From contig CAVQFA010000005.1 of NCBI GenBank assembly GCA_963711735.1, positions 135,525-199,524 on the forward strand: a stretch of DNA of 64,000 nt. The letters run 5' to 3'. Both the position numbers and the translations under genes were made by a program. A model generated the notes under the pieces. The model was not told the DNA's origin. It did no database searches and was given only the letters and a program-made list of their open reading frames with translations. This document shows positions 1 through 51,001 of the stretch, piece after piece; the stretch's first letter is position 1; each line of letters begins with the position of its first letter. The stretch is from Candidatus Gottesmanbacteria bacterium (GTDB lineage: Bacteria > Patescibacteriota > Microgenomatia > UBA10105 > UBA927).

Positions 1-18435
<18,435 letters not shown>

Positions 18436-18484
18436 TGTCTTTGAGACACGAAGATGAGAAATTCAAAAAATGTGTGATGGAGGA

Positions 18485-19876
18485 TTACTCTTCTTCCCAG
18501 GAAATGAACTCGTAATCACCCTGACTGGGGAAATACGGCGGAGGTGTGAAGTACAGATTGGTATCATACGTGATGGACCTCGTGGTAAATCCTGATGTCG
18601 GCGGAGTACTGAAATTCCAATAGGATTTCTGGTTGCTGATGACCGATCCGTAAATGGTCAGGGAGTTGCGTACGGCGTTTGAAAGCGTACTGCACCCGGA
18701 ATAGCGGTAGTTATGCCGGATAATCCGGCCGCTGGCAGACAGGAGTGCGCCGTTAATTTCAAAATTCGTCGGGATATTATACCGGAAATAAATGTTATTC
18801 TGGGAAAAGATTCCGAGTTGCGTGTGGCCGTCTTTGGCGATGTATGTCAGATTATTATTGATCCATATGTTCATGAAGTTGACACCCAACGGAAACCTGG
18901 CTGCAACGACCGTTGCCCTGCCGTTGACGACCCCGTCGACCCAAAGATGGTCTTCGGCAAAAATAATCGGTTTGAGTGCGAGTGAGTAGGTACCGATGAG
19001 CGTCTGGCCGGTTATATCCTGGCGGAGACTTTCGCATCCTCCGTCAGGGCTCCATCCTCTCACGGTATTGGCACCGGTGACCCTGTATACCGTCACGTTT
19101 CCGTCTGCGGTAAAGACCAAATGGTATCCGTACGCGCCTGATGCCGCCAGATAGACACCGTTATTCTGTGCCTGGGTCCGCATGAGATTAAAATCAATCT
19201 GGAGGCTGTTAAAGTCAGCCGGAGGAACAGGAAATGACCACAGTGATGACGGACCGCCCGCGCCCCACACGCCGTTTCTCGTCGCTGACGGGCTGCAGCC
19301 GGTTTCACTCCCGCACGTATACGTCTGGCGGGCGCTTTCGACGGATGAATCATTCGCTCCGTCCATCCTGATGCCGCCGTTGCTCATCACTTTTCCGTGC
19401 ACGGTGATACCCGTACCGAACCAGACGTTGGCGTTATGGAGGAATGAATATTTTGCAAGCGACGGGATACCGTACCGCGCTTTCACTTTCCGTTTAATTT
19501 CCGGATAGCTTGTCAGCCATCCGGTAGACTCGATCGTAACAATGGAGGATCCGGATGCAGGAGGGGTGACGTTCAGGCTGAATACCGCTTCCGTTTTGCC
19601 GTACGGGTCCGGCATCTGGTGGACATACGGACCGGGATTTCCGGTGCCGTCGGTGAAGTCATTCGGGGCATGCGCGAGGTGCCACCGGTAGTATTCGGCG
19701 CCTGCCTGCGCTATATCGATGGCCCTTTCATACACGACGGTACGCGTTGATGCCGTGTACTGGACGCCGGCGATAAGCACAATACCGGTTATGGCAATGG
19801 ACATGGTGACGCCGATCACCAACACCAGGATGGATATGCCGCCCTTCCGGTATGTATGTAAAAATAGTTGTTTCAT
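18485..19876 (-). CDS. Large PilX-like type IV minor pilin / pseudopilin (463 aa). It has an N-terminal hydrophobic helix followed by a PilX_N-like 'YERAIDIAQAGAEYYRW' segment.
   Basis: The N-terminus reads 'RKGGISILVLVIGVTMSIAITGIVLIAG'. It overlaps the upstream pilin gene by 4 nt, which suggests an operon. Confidence 0.6.
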   Translation of the reverse strand: MKQLFLHTYRKGGISILVLVIGVTMSIAITGIVLIAGVQYTASTRTVVYERAIDIAQAGAEYYRWHLAHAPNDFTDGTGNPGPYVHQMPDPYGKTEAVFSLNVTPPASGSSIVTIESTGWLTSYPEIKRKVKARYGIPSLAKYSFLHNANVWFGTGITVHGKVMSNGGIRMDGANDSSVESARQTYTCGSETGCSPSATRNGVWGAGGPSSLWSFPVPPADFNSLQIDFNLMRTQAQNNGVYLAASGAYGYHLVFTADGNVTVYRVTGANTVRGWSPDGGCESLRQDITGQTLIGTYSLALKPIIFAEDHLWVDGVVNGRATVVAARFPLGVNFMNIWINNNLTYIAKDGHTQLGIFSQNNIYFRYNIPTNFEINGALLSASGRIIRHNYRYSGCSTLSNAVRNSLTIYGSVISNQKSYWNFSTPPTSGFTTRSITYDTNLYFTPPPYFPSQGDYEFISWEEE

Positions 19877-20496
19877 AGGTTTGTTTTCAGTGTCCTGATC
19901 GCCACTCCGCTTCGTACAAAAAACGGTCCGGCGGCAAAATTATCGGTTATGCTGATACCGAGCTGCACCCGGATATACCGCGTATTTAAAATCCTCTGCG
20001 CGGTTGGCAGCGGATTGTTCACGATGTCGTCCGGCCAGTCACCGTTATAATACAAAAACATCGGACCCCCTGACGTGACGACATTATCCGCAATACTTAT
20101 TATCTTTTCGTTTGCCGGCGGGTAAGAAACCGGGACTGCGGTCGGTTCGGTAACTCCCCGTCTGAGTGTTGTCCCCTCGAGAAAGTACCGGATTTTATCC
20201 GGCCTGCCGTCATTGGTCACGTCTGCGAAAAACGTTATCGCAAAATCATCACACAACAAAAACGGCCATGATCCGTCATCACCCATCCTGGCTTCCCTGA
20301 GTTCCCGTATCATCCTGGTGTGGGCATTTTGTACTCTTGTGACCTGCTGGGCTTCTTCGATGGAAAAGGATGTATTACGCAGGTAATAAACGGAGAACAG
20401 AGAAACAGCCAGGACAACACTGCCGAATATGAATACGGCGACGACCATTTCTACCAGCGTAAAGCCCTGAGATCGTGTTTTACGGAATCGGTACAT
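19873..20496 (-). CDS. Type IV pilin-like protein with a canonical prepilin N-terminal cleavage/methylation motif.
   Basis: The N-terminus reads 'RSQGFTLVEMVVAVFIFGSVVLAV', matching the G|FTLVE pattern with Glu at +5. The protein is 207 aa and overlaps both neighbouring genes. Confidence 0.8.
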   Translation of the reverse strand: MYRFRKTRSQGFTLVEMVVAVFIFGSVVLAVSLFSVYYLRNTSFSIEEAQQVTRVQNAHTRMIRELREARMGDDGSWPFLLCDDFAITFFADVTNDGRPDKIRYFLEGTTLRRGVTEPTAVPVSYPPANEKIISIADNVVTSGGPMFLYYNGDWPDDIVNNPLPTAQRILNTRYIRVQLGISITDNFAAGPFFVRSGVAIRTLKTNL

Positions 20497-21946
20497 ACGG
20501 ATTTAATATGATTGTATCCCTTTGGTTGCCTGAAATGGTTACGGACGTCGTGGCTTCCTGAAATCCCGGTAAGTTTACCGAAACGCTGTACTGACCCAAA
20601 CCCAACGACCCGAAATATGCCTGCCCGTAACTGGCTGACCCTGTCGCTGCAGTTATGACAGTTTTATCGTACCCGAGCGGTACGTTCAAAAGACGCGCGC
20701 TCGCTGATGCCTGCGGCGTGAGGAGTGTGTCTTTGACGGTCAGCTGGTAGGATGCCAGTGTTTTGGGAACCGCGACGATAACAACGGAACCGTTCGTTCC
20801 GGCAGGTAAAAGGTAGGGAAGCAGGGGGCTGGAGCCGGCGAGCATATGAGCGGAATCGGTAAAATCGAGCGTATAGACGTCCCACTCAAGTCCGACGATC
20901 GTGACGGTGCTCCCGCCCGTATTTGTCCTGTACTCATACTTATACACCGATTCGTCGGTTGCATCGTGCCCGATGAGTTTGGCGCCGCGAAGGGTAAAGT
21001 ACACGTTGGCGATGGGCTGCATGGCTTGGTTCACTGAGTCGATTTTGATGGTTGATGTTTTATCTATGGCGAGTGACGCCTGTGACAGTTGTCCTTCGAT
21101 AACCGTGAGGTCCGGGAGTATCGGGTTGGTCACTTCGCTTGGTGAGTACGTACGGTCCGATGAATACGTTGCTTTTGATGCGGTTATCCGGTAACAAAGG
21201 ACACACGCGGGAGCGCCCGGAATGACGACGGTGCCTGTTGCCGAGGTGAGGGTTGTAGTGTGTATCGGCGGAACAACGGAAGTGTTATCGATGTTCACTG
21301 TCGCATTGGAAACCGGCAGGCCGGCAGAGTCAAATACCTGTACAAGCAGTGTCCCCCCGCCTTCGACCGTCTCTACCCCCTTCGGGACGAAGTTGGTGAC
21401 GAGCGTTACCGGTTCGCGTGACTGATATGGTCCGGTCCACCGCACCTGTACCCGCACCCGTTTATAATCCGTATTTATCATATCCGCCGGCGCCAATCCG
21501 TCAAACGGGTCGTCGATATACACGACAGACGTCGTCACGGTAAAGACCTGGCTGTTGATGGTTTCTGTTCTGGATTGGGGGAGCGGGCCGTTCGGTATAC
21601 CGCCTACCGTTCCGATCTGAAGGTACGGCAGATTGCGGGCTTCTTCGATGGTTTCCCGCGCCAGGGCCAGAGCGGTCACCTGGATTCTGGAAAGGGCAAT
21701 TTGTTCAATGACAACCTGGACAATAGTGGCTATGGAAGTGAAAAAAATGCCGATAACCGCCAGGGCAACCAGCGTTTCGATCATGGATATGCCTGCCAAA
21801 CGGTTGTTTTTCGGAGATTCAGCAGGTGCGGGGGATTTCTGTACCGGTATCGTTTTTGCGTACCGGTGCAGGCAATATGAGACGGTTCTCCTCAGACGGG
21901 ATTTGTTCAGGCAGATTTGACCCATTACGATTATTATACCTATCAT
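20480..21946 (-). CDS. Large prepilin-like minor pilin (PilV/PilW-like). The true start is probably internal to the annotated ORF.
   Basis: The motif 'NNRLAGISMIETLVALAVIGIFFTSIATIV' places Glu at +5 after Gly, followed by a hydrophobic helix. The C-terminal domain is 488 aa. This is the first gene of a three-gene minus-strand operon. Confidence 0.7.
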   Translation of the reverse strand: MIGIIIVMGQICLNKSRLRRTVSYCLHRYAKTIPVQKSPAPAESPKNNRLAGISMIETLVALAVIGIFFTSIATIVQVVIEQIALSRIQVTALALARETIEEARNLPYLQIGTVGGIPNGPLPQSRTETINSQVFTVTTSVVYIDDPFDGLAPADMINTDYKRVRVQVRWTGPYQSREPVTLVTNFVPKGVETVEGGGTLLVQVFDSAGLPVSNATVNIDNTSVVPPIHTTTLTSATGTVVIPGAPACVLCYRITASKATYSSDRTYSPSEVTNPILPDLTVIEGQLSQASLAIDKTSTIKIDSVNQAMQPIANVYFTLRGAKLIGHDATDESVYKYEYRTNTGGSTVTIVGLEWDVYTLDFTDSAHMLAGSSPLLPYLLPAGTNGSVVIVAVPKTLASYQLTVKDTLLTPQASASARLLNVPLGYDKTVITAATGSASYGQAYFGSLGLGQYSVSVNLPGFQEATTSVTISGNQRDTIILNPYVPIP

Positions 21947-22083
21947 GTGCCGTTATGCAATCGAAGAGATCGATACACACATAATCCGTACGGTTCGTCA
22001 CGGGAAGTGCGTGGTACATATGATGAGACGGGACATGTGCGTTTATTGTCTGTTCAGAATGCCGGAGTTGTGCTACTCTCTGT

Positions 22084-22488
22084 ATGCGTATGGATATAGA
22101 TAAAAAACCGGTCATCACGGCAGCCGGCATTGCGGGAGTTGCAGTGTTTGTGATGGTTGTCATTGCCGGAATATTTTTGTGGCAGAAAAACCGTACACCC
22201 GGATTATCCGTACAAACCGGAGATGCTCAGATAACTCCTGCCACAACGGATGCATCAAACGATGTCGTGTCCCGTGTCGGGCGCCATATGATCCTACCCC
22301 CCGAAACGCCGAAGGTGGTTCCGGTAGTCACCGCGGAAGAGCTGAAAAAAACGCAGCCGTTTTTTGCCAACGCAGAGAATGGTGATGTGCTCCTTGTCTA
22401 TACAAATAAGGTAGTTTTATATAGTCCGAAGCTGGATAAAATCGTAGAGATTGCCCATTTCCGGGAGGCAACAGGATCAGGAAATTAG
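22084..22488 (+). CDS. Small N-terminally membrane-anchored protein (134 aa). It is a paralogue of the N-terminal/central part of 50165..50932.
   Basis: It contains the TM segment 'AAGIAGVAVFVMVVIAGIFLW'. It shares the motif 'PFFANAENGDVLLVYTNKVVLYSPKLDKIVEI' with 'AFFARAENGDRVLFYASVKKAILYRPSTGKIIDM' in the other gene. Confidence 0.55.
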   Translation: MRMDIDKKPVITAAGIAGVAVFVMVVIAGIFLWQKNRTPGLSVQTGDAQITPATTDASNDVVSRVGRHMILPPETPKVVPVVTAEELKKTQPFFANAENGDVLLVYTNKVVLYSPKLDKIVEIAHFREATGSGN

Positions 22489-22505
22489 GCTGATCCGGGA
22501 TTTGA

Positions 22506-22536
22506 GCAGTGTCCGCGCATTACTGCGTTTGTTTTT
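22506..22536. terminator. Weak candidate bidirectional terminator between two convergent genes. It has a short stem (gcagt/actgc) followed by a T-run.
   Basis: The sequence is 'gcagtgtccgcgcattactgcgtttgttttt'. The stem is only 5 bp and overlaps the stop codon of the minus-strand gene. Confidence 0.2.
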
Positions 22537-24337
22537 CCCAAATAGCAAGCCACTCCTGTGCCTGAATATTTTCATTATCCAATGAAATTGCCTTCCGGAG
22601 CATCGCTTTGGCTTTCTCCCGGTCACCGAGTTTGTTGAGCGTCATACCCAGATTTGAGTAAAAATATGAGGTGGTGTGTCCTGCCCTGATTGCTGCCTCA
22701 ATGACGGCTTTTGCTTCTGTATACTTCCCTTCGTCATAATATTTAGACGCCAGGCGTTCAAACGAGGCAGAGAAGTTCGGATCAAGTCGGATGGCGCGCA
22801 TGAGGTACTCATTTGCCTGGTCGGGCTGGTTGGTGGCATCAGCTATGAGGCTCATGTTATACAACGCTCCGGCATATTTCGGGTTGATCCGTGAGGCGAT
22901 TGCAAACTCCTTTTGCGCGTTTGTATAATCCTGCTGACGGTAGTAAGACACGCCGATATTGTTATGGAGCCGTGCATCGTTGGGGGCGGTTTTCAGGGAT
23001 GCGGCCGAGAGCGTGTACTGGTCTTTCCAGTCATTGTTCCGTATGACCGTACGGACAGTGAGAGCCGCTACCAAAATACCAAGGAGAAGGTACACGCCTG
23101 TGGGTTTGTTGATCTTGGCAAAAACCCAGTCCATTGTATAGGCAATCAGAACGATTACTCCCAACGCGCCGAGGTATACATACCGTTCAGCTGCCATCCA
23201 GGAGATGATGATCGGGGAAAACGAGGGAGAGAGGCTGATGAAAAGGACAGACAGCCAGAAGAAGTGGCGGCGGTTGCCGAACCAGCTGGCTATCATGATG
23301 CCGGCAACGGATATAAACGCCAGCAGCCGGAGCATGTATTCCGTAAGCGGGAATGCAAGTTGCGAATGGAAAAAAGCCAATTTATCCGGCCAGACGATAA
23401 GATCCAGATAGATGGATGTCGCAATCGGTATCTGCACAAAGGGATTGAATATTCCGACAGCATCGTAATTTGTTTTCTGAAGCGCTGCTACCCGCGTTTG
23501 GAAGTACTGCGTCGGTCCGAAGATGAAAAACAGCCAGAGCATGGTGAGTGCAACAAAGGGAATCACCCGTTTCCAATTCTTTTTCAGATTTCCAAACGCG
23601 AGTTCATAGGTAACAAACGCAAGCGACATGGGAATGGACTTTTCGCAGGATGCAAGCATGAGGGTGAAAAAAATTAGCGAAGCTATATACCATCGTTTGT
23701 TTCCAATGCTTACAATGTAAGTAATCATTGAAAGGAGGAAGAACAAACTGTACTGCACGTACGTACCGCCCACAATCCACGTCACTGCTTCCGTGGCGAT
23801 CGGGTGAACGGCAGCAATTGCTGCAGCAATGAGTGCGGTCCGTTTGTTTATCATAATTGCCACCAGCACATAGAGAGCGAAAGTAACTCCCGTGTGGAGC
23901 ACTATGTTGACGATGTGAAACGGAATAGGGTGTAATCCTCCGACAAGGTATGTAAGCCAGTTGATGAATGCCCAGGCGATGGTCATGGGACGGTCCAATA
24001 CGAATTGGAAAGACGTCATGTGCGGATTGTTTACAAGGTATGGGATATCATCCTGCAGGAATTCTCCCCGAAGGGCATTGGCATAGGATATACAGATAAT
24101 CACTGTCAGAATAACAAATATCAGTTTGGAAGAACATATAATGTTCCAAACAGATTGGGGAGTCTTTGTTATCTTCCGCCATGAAGCGCTCATAATGGGT
24201 GACTCCCTGCCATGGAGTTGCTTCTGAATATATGTGTGTACTTCCTGTTCGCTTACCTCCAGGTGTTTGGCAATATCAGAAGGTAAATCCGATGAGAGAT
24301 GTTTCTTTATATATTTTTGTTTCTTGTGGGATAACAT
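22520..24337 (-). CDS. Polytopic membrane protein with a C-terminal TPR-repeat domain. The architecture is that of GT-C-fold PMT/DUF2723-like protein O-glycosyltransferases.
   Basis: The 605-aa protein has about 10 hydrophobic segments in its N-terminal 400 aa. TPR-like repeats occupy the last ~200 aa, for example 'NNIGVSYYRQQDYTNAQKEF...ALYNMSLIAD...AIRLDPNF'. Confidence 0.8.
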   Translation of the reverse strand: MLSHKKQKYIKKHLSSDLPSDIAKHLEVSEQEVHTYIQKQLHGRESPIMSASWRKITKTPQSVWNIICSSKLIFVILTVIICISYANALRGEFLQDDIPYLVNNPHMTSFQFVLDRPMTIAWAFINWLTYLVGGLHPIPFHIVNIVLHTGVTFALYVLVAIMINKRTALIAAAIAAVHPIATEAVTWIVGGTYVQYSLFFLLSMITYIVSIGNKRWYIASLIFFTLMLASCEKSIPMSLAFVTYELAFGNLKKNWKRVIPFVALTMLWLFFIFGPTQYFQTRVAALQKTNYDAVGIFNPFVQIPIATSIYLDLIVWPDKLAFFHSQLAFPLTEYMLRLLAFISVAGIMIASWFGNRRHFFWLSVLFISLSPSFSPIIISWMAAERYVYLGALGVIVLIAYTMDWVFAKINKPTGVYLLLGILVAALTVRTVIRNNDWKDQYTLSAASLKTAPNDARLHNNIGVSYYRQQDYTNAQKEFAIASRINPKYAGALYNMSLIADATNQPDQANEYLMRAIRLDPNFSASFERLASKYYDEGKYTEAKAVIEAAIRAGHTTSYFYSNLGMTLNKLGDREKAKAMLRKAISLDNENIQAQEWLAIWEKQTQ

Positions 24338-38164
<13,827 letters not shown>

Positions 38165-38380
38165 AAATTACCTCATCAGTCATTCGTACACCATCCCACA
38201 TTTGAACAACTTTTGTGTTATCTATTGACATTCATGTCTGATATATATGATTATTATATATAGGTAGTGTGATAGAGTTGTAAAAACTTGTACAATTTTT
38301 GGTACATACTTGTAAAAACATGTAATTCTGGGGCAGCAGAACGGGATTTTTGAAGAATACGAGCTATTCCGCTTTGGGGT
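38165..38380. promoter_or_regulatory. Intergenic region upstream of the HTH_17 sensor gene. It has a TTGACA box (38225..38230) and two direct repeats 'TTGTAAAAAC(T/A)TGTA' (38278..38294 and 38310..38324), each containing a TGTACA-like half-site. This is a candidate promoter plus operator.
   Basis: The repeats were read directly from the sequence. Spacing to possible -10 elements is imperfect. Confidence 0.35.
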
Positions 38381-50082
<11,702 letters not shown>

Positions 50083-50164
50083 CGGTGTACGATTTATACG
50101 ATACGATTATACTTCAGGAAATTATAATCTTAAATTATTAATCTTAAAACGTAAATCGTGGGGC

Positions 50165-50932
50165 TTACTGGGGTTTGTAGTCAGAACCTATGATAATGAG
50201 GATATCTGCATCAGGTTTAGGTTCATCTGCAGGGATATTTTGTCCCACCCCTCCGATTACCTGTGCAATTTCTGAGCTGACCGCGCTTGTTGATTCATTG
50301 AGGTTGGCGACAATCGTCTTCGTATAATCAGTTTTTACGGCATTGTCTTTGCGCACAACTTCAATATTCGCAACATGTTCTTTGATAAACCCTTCCATAT
50401 TATTAGCAAGTTTTGGGGTTGTTGTACCGTTGAAAATGGCAATTCGAACCGGTGCAGCTATTGTGACAGTCGGAGCAGACGATTCAGCTTGCGTTTCTGC
50501 TCCTGCAACTTGGGCTGATGGTGTCGATCCGCCGACATTTACCGGAGACATATCGATAATCTTGCCGGTTGACGGACGATAGAGAATTGCTTTTTTCACA
50601 GACGCGTAAAAAAGAACCCGATCGCCGTTTTCAGCACGTGCAAAAAATGCCTGGTCCTTCAGTTTCTCTTTATCAGACACGGTGGCGATAGTCGGCTCTT
50701 CACCAACCGGCACATCGACTATTTTTGCAATTGTAACAATCAGCTCCTTATTTTCTACCTTAACCGCCTCAGCGGGATTTTTGAGAAGATCTTTGGTATT
50801 TTTCCATTGCCGGTAAAAATAGACAGACGGGGCAGTGACGATGAGGATGACGAGAATTATTCCGGCAATGATTGCGTGTTTTTTTGTGAGTTGAATCGTC
50901 ATGGCATAATCATAAAGATTTATGGTTGTCAC
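50165..50932 (-). CDS. N-terminally membrane-anchored protein with a LytR_C-like (LytR/CpsA/Psr C-terminal) domain.
   Basis: The TM helix is 'AIIAGIILVILIVTAPSVYFY'. The C-terminal segment reads 'IFNGTTTPKLANNMEGFIKEHVANIEVVRKDNAVKTDYTKTIVANL...DADILIIIGSDY'. The central part is paralogous to 22084..22488. Confidence 0.6.
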   Translation of the reverse strand: MTTINLYDYAMTIQLTKKHAIIAGIILVILIVTAPSVYFYRQWKNTKDLLKNPAEAVKVENKELIVTIAKIVDVPVGEEPTIATVSDKEKLKDQAFFARAENGDRVLFYASVKKAILYRPSTGKIIDMSPVNVGGSTPSAQVAGAETQAESSAPTVTIAAPVRIAIFNGTTTPKLANNMEGFIKEHVANIEVVRKDNAVKTDYTKTIVANLNESTSAVSSEIAQVIGGVGQNIPADEPKPDADILIIIGSDYKPQ

Positions 50933-51001
50933 GTCAAGCTTACCCTTCTTTACGGAAAGTATTCTTCCGATTATTTATATGATGTACAATGGATAAAGTG
51001 T

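Noticed and set aside
22642-23677. Plus-strand ORFs 22676..22894, 22913..23677 and 22959..23141 inside the TPR membrane-protein gene. Similar ones, 18713..19508, lie inside the PilX-like gene.
   Set aside because: They are antisense to well-supported genes with TM, TPR and pilin features. They are likely spurious.
50807-51001. The upstream extension of the 822-aa ORF (track start 50807).
   Set aside because: It overlaps the 3' end of the convergent LytR_C gene. It encodes an Asp/Glu-rich stretch with no signal, and a much better start with a signal peptide, 'MKLFACRVIVFLLLYF', exists at 51002.
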